IMG/VR virus record: IMGVR_UViG_3300020043_002101
Coordinates: 1-26,941 of that record
Reading direction: 5' to 3' (one strand)
DNA from: a virus
Lineage: Duplodnaviria > Caudoviricetes
DNA length: 26,941 nt
Of this stretch, positions 1 through 7,805 are shown one piece after another; the first letter of the stretch is position 1, and the number at the start of each line of letters is the position of its first letter. The notes below the pieces were generated by a model. The model was not told the origin of the DNA and did no database searches. It was given only the letters and a program-made list of their open reading frames with translations. The position numbers and the translations under genes were made by a program.

Positions 1-663
1 TTTGACCTGCCAGGCCGCATCATCCGTGAACACGAGGCCCGAGGATTTGTCTATGGTGGCCGGCGTGTGATTTGGAAGGAGCCGTTAATGGTTCGCAATC
101 GCACCATGATGAAGAGTTTGCATCACAAGACGCTGTGCGAGGACTCCACGCGCAACAGCATCGCAAACGCTGATTACCTGCTGATGTTTCGCCGCAAGGG
201 TGAAAACCTTGTGCCAGTTGTGCACGAGACCGGCTTGATGCATTACAGCGGTGAGCGCTCGATTCCATCTGATTTGATTGGATTCAGAGGGATGAAGGGC
301 GATCAGAAAAAAAACCAGTACAGCCAATGGATTTGGCGCCAATACGCTTCAAGCGTGTGGGATGACATCAGGATCGACAACGTTCTCCAGTTTCGATCAG
401 CAAAGGACGCGGAAGACGAAAAGCACGTGCATCCGCTGCAGTTGGACGTTATTGATCGAGCGGTAGTGATGTGGAGCAATCCTGGTGAGACGGTGTTGAC
501 CCCATTTATGGGCGTCGGCAGCGAGGTCTATGGCGCAGTGCAAGCCGGAAGGCGCGGCATTGGGATCGAGTTAAAGCCCAGCTACTACCGGCAGGCAGTG
601 CGGAACCTAGAGCTGGCTGGCAATGCCGAGGCAAACACCGATCAGACGGAGCTAGCGCTATGA
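1..663 (+). CDS. DNA N4-cytosine/N6-adenine methyltransferase (5' truncated by window edge)
   Basis: Frame is open from base 1 (FDLPGRIIREHEARG..IWKEP). It has HVHPLQLDVIDR..WSNPGETVLTPFMGVGSE..GRRGIGIELKPSYY, the C-terminal SAM-binding FxGxG motif typical of beta-class N6/N4 MTases. Confidence 0.88.
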   Translation, partial: FDLPGRIIREHEARGFVYGGRRVIWKEPLMVRNRTMMKSLHHKTLCEDSTRNSIANADYLLMFRRKGENLVPVVHETGLMHYSGERSIPSDLIGFRGMKGDQKKNQYSQWIWRQYASSVWDDIRIDNVLQFRSAKDAEDEKHVHPLQLDVIDRAVVMWSNPGETVLTPFMGVGSEVYGAVQAGRRGIGIELKPSYYRQAVRNLELAGNAEANTDQTELAL

Positions 664-2015
664 ACCTCCGCCCGTACCAGCAACAGCTGATCACCGACAT
701 TCGCTTGCAGTACCAGCTAGGCCGCCGCAGCGTCCTGGCGGTGCTGAGCACCGGCGCTGGCAAGACCGTGTGCTTCACCCACATCGCCCAATCTGCCGCC
801 CGCAAAGGCAACCGCACGTGCATCCTGGTGCACCGGGCTGAGCTGCTGGATCAGGCCAGCCGCAGCCTGACGGCGATGGGTGTACCGCATGGCCGCATCG
901 CAGCCGGTCGTGGCATGGACCTGAGCCATGCAGTGCAGGTAGCAAGCGTCGCCACACTGGCGCGGCGGTTGCATCTGCTGCCGCCGGACTTCTTCCAGCT
1001 GCTGGTGGTGGATGAAGCGCACCACACCAATGCCGGCACATGGGCCAGCGTGGTGGCGCATTTCAACACCGCGCGCCTGCTGGGCGTGACGGCAACACCA
1101 GTGCGCGGTGATGGCCGTGGCCTTGGTGAGTGGTATCAGTCGATGGTGCAGGGTCCATCAGCGGCATGGCTGACGGAGCATGGCTTCCTGGCGCCTGCCA
1201 AGGTGCTGGCCCCGCCGGGCTTCAACGCATCCGGCCTGCGCCGGCGGATGGGTGACTTTGACAGCCGGCAGGCTGAGGAGCGTGTGACCAGCATCCACGG
1301 CGACTGCTACAGCCACTATTGCAAGCACCTAAGCGGGCAGACGGCGATCGCGTTCTGCTGCAGCGTGGCCCATGCCGAGGCGGCGGCGGAGCTGTTCAAG
1401 CGGCAGGGCATCGCCGCGGCCAGCATCGACGGCAGCATGGATGCCACCACCAGGCGCCAACTGCTGGAGGATCTTGGTGCCGGCCGGCTGAAAGTGCTCA
1501 CCAGTTGCGCATTGATCGGTGAGGGCGTGGATGTACCAAGCGTCGGCGGTTGCATCCTGCTGCGGCCAACGCAATCGGTCGGCCTGCATCTGCAGATGAT
1601 CGGCCGGTGCCTGCGGCCGCAGGATGGCAAGCGTGCGGTGATCCTGGATCACGTCGGCAACACGCTGCGGCTGGGCCACCACCTGGAGGATCGGGACTGG
1701 ACGCTGGAGGGCATCAAGAAGCAGGACCGCGAGAAGGCACCAAGCGTCAAGGTATGCCCGGTGTGCTTTGCGGCAATGGCCAGCACTGCGCAAGCGTGCG
1801 GCGACTGCGGCCACCTATTCCGCGCGCAGGAGCGTGAGCTGATGGTGGTGCCGGGTGAACTGCAGGAGGTGACCGCACGCGCACGCAAGCGTGAGCAGGG
1901 CGGCGCCAATAGCCTCGAGGCCCTCCGCCAGCTGGCGCAGCAGCGCGGCTACAAGCGCGGATGGGCGGAACGGGTGTATCAGGCAAGATTGGCGAAGCGG
2001 TATCGCATGGATTGA
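660..2015 (+). CDS. Superfamily 2 (DEAH) helicase with C-terminal zinc ribbon
   Basis: Q motif LRPYQ, Walker A STGAGKT, DEAHH, motif III TATP, motif VI QMIGRCLR, and CPVC..CGDC zinc ribbon. ATGA overlap with the MTase stop. Confidence 0.93.
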   Translation: MNLRPYQQQLITDIRLQYQLGRRSVLAVLSTGAGKTVCFTHIAQSAARKGNRTCILVHRAELLDQASRSLTAMGVPHGRIAAGRGMDLSHAVQVASVATLARRLHLLPPDFFQLLVVDEAHHTNAGTWASVVAHFNTARLLGVTATPVRGDGRGLGEWYQSMVQGPSAAWLTEHGFLAPAKVLAPPGFNASGLRRRMGDFDSRQAEERVTSIHGDCYSHYCKHLSGQTAIAFCCSVAHAEAAAELFKRQGIAAASIDGSMDATTRRQLLEDLGAGRLKVLTSCALIGEGVDVPSVGGCILLRPTQSVGLHLQMIGRCLRPQDGKRAVILDHVGNTLRLGHHLEDRDWTLEGIKKQDREKAPSVKVCPVCFAAMASTAQACGDCGHLFRAQERELMVVPGELQEVTARARKREQGGANSLEALRQLAQQRGYKRGWAERVYQARLAKRYRMD

Positions 2016-2437
2016 GCGAGCAAACCATCCAGCAACAGATCCGCCTGGCCTGCAGCCGCGGCCCGGTGCGCCTGCATCGCAACAACACTGGCGTGCTCCG
2101 TGACCAGCACGGGCGCCCAGTGCAGTTTGGGCTGGCAAAGGGCAGCAGTGATCTGATCGGCTGGACCACGCGCACGATCACACCAGACATGGTGGGTCAG
2201 CGGGTGGCGGTGTTCACCAGCATCGAGGTGAAGACGGCTACGGGCCGGCTGCGGCCAGAGCAGCGGCAGTGGCTCGATGCAGTCCAGGCGGCTGGCGGCA
2301 TCGCCGGAGTGGCTCGCAGCGTGGAGGATGCAGCACGGTTGACAGGGGTTGCCTGCGATGGCACAATGGCATCAGCCCACAAGCCAGATAGCTGCGGCCT
2401 GGATTCTCCGCTGTGGACAAGGGATCAGCCGGCCTGA
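2012..2437 (+). CDS. VRR-NUC domain nuclease
   Basis: SEQTIQQQIR..RNNTG..FGLAKGSSDLIG..IEVKTATGRLRPEQRQWL..AGGIAGVARSVEDA. The likely start is TTG 2012, overlapping the helicase TGA, rather than 1961. Confidence 0.88.
   Translation: MSEQTIQQQIRLACSRGPVRLHRNNTGVLRDQHGRPVQFGLAKGSSDLIGWTTRTITPDMVGQRVAVFTSIEVKTATGRLRPEQRQWLDAVQAAGGIAGVARSVEDAARLTGVACDGTMASAHKPDSCGLDSPLWTRDQPA
2339..2367 (+). promoter_or_regulatory. Sigma70-type early promoter
   Basis: TTGACA (2339-2344), 17-nt spacer, TG-n-CACAAT (-10 at 2362-2367). It lies just upstream of the small early-gene cluster. Confidence 0.75.
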
Positions 2438-2488
2438 GGGGGCAGGAGCCGCGATCACGCCCCCACCCATTACCCCGAACCGAGAGCA

Positions 2489-2674
2489 ATGACGACCACG
2501 ACCCTTGCACTGCTGGCAGCGCTGCTGCTGCTGCCGGTGCTGATCATCCTCTGGGCCACCGAGAGCACTGAGCAGCGCGCACGCCGCCTGCGCAGCTACG
2601 GATGGAGCCAGCGCCGCATTGCGGAGCACATGAACATCACCACCTACCGCGTCCGCCGGGCGCTGGCGGCATGA
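2489..2674 (+). CDS. Small protein with N-terminal transmembrane helix and C-terminal HTH-like motif
   Basis: Hydrophobic LALLAALLLLPVLIILWA followed by GWSQRRIAEHMNITTYRVRRAL. Confidence 0.75.
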   Translation: MTTTTLALLAALLLLPVLIILWATESTEQRARRLRSYGWSQRRIAEHMNITTYRVRRALAA

Positions 2675-2796
2675 ACACCATCAACAACATCATCTGCGGA
2701 CTGATCGCTGCAGCCACCTTCGCCATGATCGGCATCGAAGGTGCCGCGCATCACGGCTCCACGCACTCCGGCACGCAGGTGGAGGTGCGGAAGTGA
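2671..2796 (+). CDS. Hypothetical small membrane protein (41 aa)
   Basis: MNTINNIICGLIAAATFAMIGIEG..., with 4-nt start/stop overlaps on both sides (ATGA, GTGA). Confidence 0.65.
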   Translation: MNTINNIICGLIAAATFAMIGIEGAAHHGSTHSGTQVEVRK

Positions 2797-2939
2797 GCCA
2801 CCGCCGCTACTGGTTCCAGATCAAGGCGACCAACCAAATCCAGTCCGTATGGGCCGTGAGCTTCACCGAAGCCAAGGCCAAGGCTGCACTGATGTACCTG
2901 CCGCAATGGCGCGGCATCGAATGGCTTGACTTGCAATGA
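2793..2939 (+). CDS. Hypothetical protein (48 aa, absent from ORF track)
   Basis: GTG start: MSHRRYWFQIKATNQIQSVWAVSFTEAKAKAALMYLPQWRGIEWLDLQ. It fills the gap exactly, with GTGA and ATGA overlaps. Confidence 0.7.
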   Translation: MSHRRYWFQIKATNQIQSVWAVSFTEAKAKAALMYLPQWRGIEWLDLQ

Positions 2940-3124
2940 CATCCGACCAACAGATCCACACGCTGCTCACGGCGCAGCGCTTCGGCGGCAACTTTCTCCG
3001 TCGCCTTGCTGATGCCGGCCTGGCGGCAGATCCCAGCAACCGCGCGATCCTGTTCCGCGCCTTCCCGCAGCTGATGCAGGTCTTCGGCCCCGGCAGCAGC
3101 CTCTATAGCGAGGACTTGGGATGA
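2936..3124 (+). CDS. Hypothetical protein
   Basis: 62 aa ORF (FGGNFLRRLADAGLAADPSNRAILFRAFP), coupled by ATGA overlaps at both ends. Confidence 0.75.
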   Translation: MTSDQQIHTLLTAQRFGGNFLRRLADAGLAADPSNRAILFRAFPQLMQVFGPGSSLYSEDLG

Positions 3125-3912
3125 CCAGCAACGCCGACTACCACGCCGACCCTGCCGTCAGCGCCAGCCACCTCCACGCGGTAGCCGCTAGCCCGTATCA
3201 CTACTGGAAGCGGTTCATTGATCCGCAACGCCAACCACTGGAGCCGACTGCTGCCATGCGCCTCGGCAGCCTGGTGCATTGCGCGGTGCTGGAGCCGGAT
3301 GAGCTGCTGCAGCGCTATGGCGTCTGCGGCCCGCGCAATACCAAGGCCGGCAAGGAGCAGGCTGCTGCCATGGCGGCTAGCGGCATCGAAGCCGTCACCG
3401 AGGCGGACATGGCCCTGGCGCAGGCGATGTGCGCTGCCGTGCGGGAGCATCCTGCTGCGGCGTCACTGCTGGCCAATGGCAAGGCTGAGCAGAGCTTCTG
3501 GTGGGATGACACCACTGCCGGGCTGCGCTGCAAGTGCCGGCCGGACTGGTACAGCGGCGCCACGATCGTGGACCTCAAGACCACGACGGATGCCAGCCCT
3601 TCAGGCTTCGCCAAGTCGGTGGCGAACTTCCGATATCACGTCCAGGCCAACCACTACCTGGCCGGCACCTTTGCGGAGCGGTTCATCTTTATCGCTGTCG
3701 AGAAGACCTATCCGTATGCGGTTGGCGTGTATGAGCTGGATGCTGACGCCATGGCGCATGGCGCTGAGCTGCGGCGGCAGAACATGCAGACCATCGCTGA
3801 CTGCCGCGCGATCAATGAATGGCCGGGCTACAGCACCGGCATCGAATCTCTGAGCCTGCCCAGCTGGGCGCTGCGTCCTGACACCACTACCGTGACCTCC
3901 GATGACTTCTAG
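3121..3912 (+). CDS. PD-(D/E)XK exonuclease, RecE/exonuclease VIII-like
   Basis: YHADPAVSASHL, AMRLGSLVHCAVLEP, EQSFWW..CKCRPD..IVDLKTT..YHVQANHY, FIFIAVEK. Adjacent to the recombinase gene. Confidence 0.9.
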   Translation: MTSNADYHADPAVSASHLHAVAASPYHYWKRFIDPQRQPLEPTAAMRLGSLVHCAVLEPDELLQRYGVCGPRNTKAGKEQAAAMAASGIEAVTEADMALAQAMCAAVREHPAAASLLANGKAEQSFWWDDTTAGLRCKCRPDWYSGATIVDLKTTTDASPSGFAKSVANFRYHVQANHYLAGTFAERFIFIAVEKTYPYAVGVYELDADAMAHGAELRRQNMQTIADCRAINEWPGYSTGIESLSLPSWALRPDTTTVTSDDF

Positions 3913-4663
3913 CCTTGCGCTCTGGACGCCAGAGCAAACCCAACTCATCAGCACCACCATTGCGCCTGGCTGCAGTGGCGATGAGCTGCGCCTCTTCGCT
4001 TACGCCTGCCAACGCACCGGGCTGGATCCGTTCTCGAAGCAGATCTATGCGATCAAGCGCGGCGGCAAGATGACGATTCAGGCCGGCATTGACGGCCTCC
4101 GCAGCATTGCAGAACGCACCGGCCAGCTGGATGGCAGCGAGACGTACTGGTGCGGTGAAGATGGCCAGTGGGCTGATGTGTGGCTGAGCAGCAAGCCACC
4201 GGCCGCGGCTAAGACCATCATCCACCGCAAGGGATCGACGCATCCATTTGTTGGCGTGGCACGATTTGCTGACTACAACGCCGGCCAGGGGCTGTGGTCG
4301 AAGATGCCAGCCGCGATGATCGCTAAGTGCAGCGAGGCTCTGGCCCTACGCAAGGCATTCCCTGCTGACCTCTCAGGCGTCTACAGCGCCGATGAGATGC
4401 AGCAGGCGGAGACGGTCACGGTGACGGAAGTCGCGGCGCCTGCGCCTGCATTGCCAGCAGGTGACGCCAAGATGTATAACGCTGGCAAGGCTGCAATCGC
4501 TAAGGCTAAGACCATGGCAGAACTGCAGGATGTAACCAATCGCGCTGAAAAGCGCCGCGCAGACCTATCGCCTGAGCAGTATGACGACCTACTGCGCCTG
4601 GCGATGGAACGCGAGGCGGCATTGATGCCGCAGGAAGCCAGCGATCCTTTTGGCGATGACTGA
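3902..4663 (+). CDS. bet: Single-strand annealing recombinase (Bet/RecT family)
   Basis: ELRLFAYACQRTGLDPFSKQIYAIKR..TIQAGIDGLRSIAERTG..WSKMPAAMIAKCSEALALRKAFP..SGVYSADEM. Confidence 0.9.
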   Translation: MTSSLALWTPEQTQLISTTIAPGCSGDELRLFAYACQRTGLDPFSKQIYAIKRGGKMTIQAGIDGLRSIAERTGQLDGSETYWCGEDGQWADVWLSSKPPAAAKTIIHRKGSTHPFVGVARFADYNAGQGLWSKMPAAMIAKCSEALALRKAFPADLSGVYSADEMQQAETVTVTEVAAPAPALPAGDAKMYNAGKAAIAKAKTMAELQDVTNRAEKRRADLSPEQYDDLLRLAMEREAALMPQEASDPFGDD

Positions 4664-4865
4664 AGCATTCCTGACGACTGAACAGCTAGCAGCCCGCTGG
4701 GGGCTGCGGCCATCTGCTGTGAAGAATCAACGCGCGCGTGGTATCGGTCCGCCGTATATCACGCTGCCGCGGTTGGCAACACCAGCCGGCACGCCACGCG
4801 TGCAGTATCCACTCGCCCAAGTCTTGGCCTTCGAGGAGGCCAATGGCATCACCCCGCTGACCTGA
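4656..4865 (+). CDS. Excisionase/AlpA-like winged-HTH DNA-binding protein
   Basis: FLTTEQLAARWGLRPSAVKNQRARGIGPPY..RVQYPLAQVLAFE. ATG at 4656 preferred. Confidence 0.8.
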   Translation: MTEAFLTTEQLAARWGLRPSAVKNQRARGIGPPYITLPRLATPAGTPRVQYPLAQVLAFEEANGITPLT

Positions 4866-4866
4866 C

Positions 4867-5211
4867 ATGAGCCTCTACGCCACCGGCATCGTTCGCATCA
4901 TTTCTGATCCACAGCTACGTGCATTTGATAGTGGCACCATGGTATGCAACTTCGCCGGCGGCATTCATGAGGGGAAGGACAAGGCCGGCAACTGGATTAA
5001 CAACGCGATCGACATTGAGGCATGGGGCAGGTCTGCCGAGATCATTACAGACAGGGTGCGCAAAGGCGACAGCATCTGTGTCACCGGCATGATCCGCCGC
5101 CAGGAATGGGATGACAAGGAAACTGGCAAGAAGCGCAGCAAGCACGTGCTGAGCGTCAGTCGGTTTGAGTTCCTGCCACGTGGTGCTGCAGCCAGTGAGG
5201 ATGTCTTCTGA
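4867..5211 (+). CDS. ssb: Single-stranded DNA-binding protein
   Basis: OB-fold signature DPQLR..EAWGRSAE..RKGDSICVTG.IRRQEWDDKETGKKRSK, with acidic tail SEDVF. Confidence 0.92.
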   Translation: MSLYATGIVRIISDPQLRAFDSGTMVCNFAGGIHEGKDKAGNWINNAIDIEAWGRSAEIITDRVRKGDSICVTGMIRRQEWDDKETGKKRSKHVLSVSRFEFLPRGAAASEDVF

Positions 5212-5447
5212 TGGGCGTTGTATTCACTGGCACTGACCACAATGGCAACCATTGGCATGTCACGTCGTGGGCTGATATGGATCGCTACGTCCGATTTGTG
5301 AAGCGCAACAGCAAACGCAAGCTGCTGGATCAGGTAGCGCTGTGGACATCCACTGGCAAGTGGTCCGCTGATCGCTGGCAGCCTGATCCGCCGATAGTGC
5401 CGGCCGCCATTTTGCTCGCTGTTGAGGACACGCTCAATGACAACTGA
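5211..5447 (+). CDS. Hypothetical protein
   Basis: 78 aa ORF coupled to ssb by TGATG. Confidence 0.6.
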   Translation: MGVVFTGTDHNGNHWHVTSWADMDRYVRFVKRNSKRKLLDQVALWTSTGKWSADRWQPDPPIVPAAILLAVEDTLNDN

Positions 5448-5679
5448 AGAAGCATTCCGCCAATGGTGGCGGGAGTCGTATGGTGTGCCACCTGGCGCAC
5501 ATGCCGTGATGACGCATGTGGCATGGGCACAGCACCTGATGGGGCAGCCGCCGCTGCCGCCGGCTGAGCTGGTAGCGGAGTGGTCATGTGATGGCGGCGA
5601 AGCGACGCTTGCCGAATCCGATCGCCGCATTGCCGCACGTGCAATCCAATGGGCATGGGGGCAAAATGCTTCCAGCTGA
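5437..5679 (+). CDS. Hypothetical protein
   Basis: MTTEEAFRQWWRESYGVPPGAHAVMTHVAWAQH.... ATG 5437 overlaps the previous gene. Confidence 0.7.
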   Translation: MTTEEAFRQWWRESYGVPPGAHAVMTHVAWAQHLMGQPPLPPAELVAEWSCDGGEATLAESDRRIAARAIQWAWGQNASS

Positions 5680-5836
5680 CTACACACGCTGCATGGGGCT
5701 GACGCCTGAATGCCCGATGCGTCAGTGCTGCGCTAGGCATTGCGACATTCCTGATGATCGCGCGATCAGCTGGGTGCGAAACCTGAACCCTGCCGAGGAT
5801 GCGGAGTGCTTGTACTACATCCCATTCCAGCGATGA
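5666..5836 (+). CDS. Small Cys-rich putative metal-binding protein (56 aa)
   Basis: MLPADYTRCMG..ECPMRQCCARHC..ECLYYIP. Confidence 0.65.
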   Translation: MLPADYTRCMGLTPECPMRQCCARHCDIPDDRAISWVRNLNPAEDAECLYYIPFQR

Positions 5837-5955
5837 CTAGCCTCTCCCCCGCCGCGAGGGCGATTGCAAATGCGATTGAACCATTGGACTGGGAGTCTGG
5901 CCATTGCACCTACGAGGACATTCGTTTCATATCAAGACAGGTAGCAGCTCGATGA
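5833..5955 (+). CDS. Short or truncated 'LSPAA' family protein (40 aa, absent from ORF track)
   Basis: MTSLSPAARAIANAIEPLDWESGHCTYEDIRFISRQVAAR, with ATGA overlaps at both ends. The N-terminus is paralogous to 6134-6382. Confidence 0.6.
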   Translation: MTSLSPAARAIANAIEPLDWESGHCTYEDIRFISRQVAAR

Positions 5956-6137
5956 CTGAACAAAGGTTCTCCATTTTCTGGTTCTCGCTGCGAGTTGTGC
6001 AGTGGGTGTGCATCCTCTATATGGCTGCATTGTTTTTGGTTGGTGGACTACTAGAGCTTCGCTACCGGTTAACTGGAGAGTTCAAGAGCTTTTGCGACCT
6101 CTATCCAAACGTGTTCATTTGCTCTCAGCCGAAATGA
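5952..6137 (+). CDS. Small membrane protein, AT-richer than flanks
   Basis: MTEQRFSIFWFSLRVVQWVCILYMAALFLVGGLLEL..., with ATGA overlaps at both ends. Confidence 0.65.
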   Translation: MTEQRFSIFWFSLRVVQWVCILYMAALFLVGGLLELRYRLTGEFKSFCDLYPNVFICSQPK

Positions 6138-6382
6138 CTAGCCCCACCCCACTGAGCCCCGCCGCGCAGGCGGTGATGGATGCTTACTACAAGGGTCTGG
6201 AGGCCACCTCCTCCGACTGTGCGAGCGAAGAAGACGCGCTCGCCGCCGCCCTGCGTGCTGCTGCGGATCAGGTGGTGCCGGAGTTCTGGCACGAAAAAGG
6301 CGACATTTATGCTGAAACAAAGCACGATGTGCGCGCTGACCTCCTCGCCATCGCCGACGAGCTGGAGGGGATAGGTGACTGA
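6134..6382 (+). CDS. Hypothetical 'LSPAAQAV' family phage protein
   Basis: MTSPTPLSPAAQAVMDAY..LAAALRAAADQVVPE..RADLLAIADELEG. Start at ATG 6134. Confidence 0.75.
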   Translation: MTSPTPLSPAAQAVMDAYYKGLEATSSDCASEEDALAAALRAAADQVVPEFWHEKGDIYAETKHDVRADLLAIADELEGIGD

Positions 6383-6569
6383 CACCGACCACCTCTACGT
6401 GCGTTTCGCCTCCCTGGAGTGGAAACTGGGCTGTCACATGGCCGAATGGAAGGCCGCACGCGAGCTGGCCTATCGCATGGGCAAAGCCGGTGACGAGCTG
6501 AACCAAGCCCACTGCGATGGAGTAGTCCGCCTGCTGCGGGAGCACCTGGAGGGCCATGGCGAAGCGTGA
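6375..6569 (+). CDS. Hypothetical protein
   Basis: 64 aa ORF overlapping both neighbours, with an upstream GGAGGG. Confidence 0.6.
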   Translation: MTDTDHLYVRFASLEWKLGCHMAEWKAARELAYRMGKAGDELNQAHCDGVVRLLREHLEGHGEA

Positions 6570-6885
6570 TACCCTGCGCCTCAGCCAGCATCAGTTCATC
6601 GAGACTGGCAGGGATTGGAATGGTCGATGGTTCATCGCTTACAGCAGTGGCGCATCCATCTTCCTCCGCGATCCAAAGGAATTGCGCCGCTTCCTGAAGG
6701 TAGCGAAGGGCCTGCCCATGCGTGAATCACTCGACTCGTGGCTGGCCAGCCTTGCTGATATGGATGCCAAACGCAAGCAGCCTGAACAGCAAGGCCTCAG
6801 CGATGAGGTGCTGGCGACTGGCTTCGGCCCCGAATGCCACCTTGATGAATCAGATCCCAACCATCAAACAAAAACGATCATTTAA
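6556..6885 (+). CDS. Hypothetical protein
   Basis: 109 aa ORF with an SD-like GGAGG upstream. Confidence 0.75.
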   Translation: MAKRDTLRLSQHQFIETGRDWNGRWFIAYSSGASIFLRDPKELRRFLKVAKGLPMRESLDSWLASLADMDAKRKQPEQQGLSDEVLATGFGPECHLDESDPNHQTKTII

Positions 6886-6938
6886 CTTCATGGCATAATC
6901 TGCCGCCGCTGTTACCATGGCCGCGGCCAGAGCTTGCC

Positions 6939-7805
6939 ATGGTGGATAGCGTCAAGGATTACCTCGCAGAGATTGGGCGCTTCCCGCTGCTGAGTGGCGA
7001 GCAGGAGATTCAGCTGTCCCGGCAGGTGGCGCGGATGCGGGAGCTGCAGGCATTGCCAGGTGAGCGCACGAAGGTCGAACAGCGCACGATCAAACGAGGG
7101 CAGCGTGCGCTTGAGACGATCATGAACTGCAACCTGCGCCTGGTAGTGCATATCGCCAAGCGTTACACCAGCCGGCTTAAGTGCAACAGCATGGACATGA
7201 TGGACCTCATCCAAGAGGGCTGCATCGGCCTGCATCGCGCGGCTGAACTATTTGATGGCACCAAAGGATATAAGTTCTCCACCTATGCGTACTGGTGGAT
7301 ACGGCAAGCGATCACAAGGGCGATTGATACCAAGGAGCGCCTGATCCGTGTACCGCAGCATACGCTGGATCTGGTCTACAAAGCAGCCAAGCTGCAACGT
7401 GAGCACATGCAGCAGCATGGTGAACCGATCGCGACAGCAGCATTAGCGGCTGAGATGAATATCCCGATTGATGAGCTGCAGATGATCATGCAACGTAACA
7501 TCCCACATAGCAGCCTGGATCAGTTAGCGCATGAAGATGGCTCGCCGATCCTTGATTTGATTGCAGCCGATGACCCTGAGATCAATGAGACGCTATCGCC
7601 AGAATATGGCGAGCAGCTGCAGCTGGCCTTTTTTCGCCTAGATGAGGTCGATAGGCATATTGTCTCTGCGTATCATGGTCTGAATGGCACGAAGCAATCG
7701 CAAAAGAAGATTGCTGAGGGGCTTGGTATCACGCGCAGCAGGGTAGGTCAGCGACATGATTGCGCTATCCGCCGCCTCCGGTTGATGCTCACCGCCAAGA
7801 AATGA
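6939..7805 (+). CDS. RNA polymerase sigma-70 factor, cyanobacterial RpoD/group-2-like
   Basis: Region 1.2 DSVKDYLAEIGRFPLL..EQEIQL, region 2.1 NLRLVVHIAKRY, regions 2.2-2.4 DLIQEGCIGLHRAAELFD..KGYKFSTYAYWWIRQAITRAI, and a diverged region 4 HTH. Confidence 0.95.
   Translation: MVDSVKDYLAEIGRFPLLSGEQEIQLSRQVARMRELQALPGERTKVEQRTIKRGQRALETIMNCNLRLVVHIAKRYTSRLKCNSMDMMDLIQEGCIGLHRAAELFDGTKGYKFSTYAYWWIRQAITRAIDTKERLIRVPQHTLDLVYKAAKLQREHMQQHGEPIATAALAAEMNIPIDELQMIMQRNIPHSSLDQLAHEDGSPILDLIAADDPEINETLSPEYGEQLQLAFFRLDEVDRHIVSAYHGLNGTKQSQKKIAEGLGITRSRVGQRHDCAIRRLRLMLTAKK

Noticed and set aside
1961-2011. Longer N-terminus for the VRR-NUC ORF
   Set aside because: It overlaps the helicase by 55 nt. The recognisable domain starts at TTG 2012 with a standard 4-nt overlap.
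2370-2488. tRNA or known riboswitch/ribozyme in the early leader
   Set aside because: I could not recognise a cloverleaf, T-loop or the consensus of a known family, so it is kept only as an unclassified structured-RNA candidate.
4656-4865. Excisionase-like gene as proof of a temperate lifestyle or prophage
   Set aside because: No integrase, repressor, att site or host genes are in the window, so lifestyle cannot be determined.
3218-5740. Alternative-frame ORFs (3218-3853 +, 4965-5687 -, 5330-5740 -)
   Set aside because: They overlap well-supported genes and have low-information Arg/Ala/Ser-rich translations.
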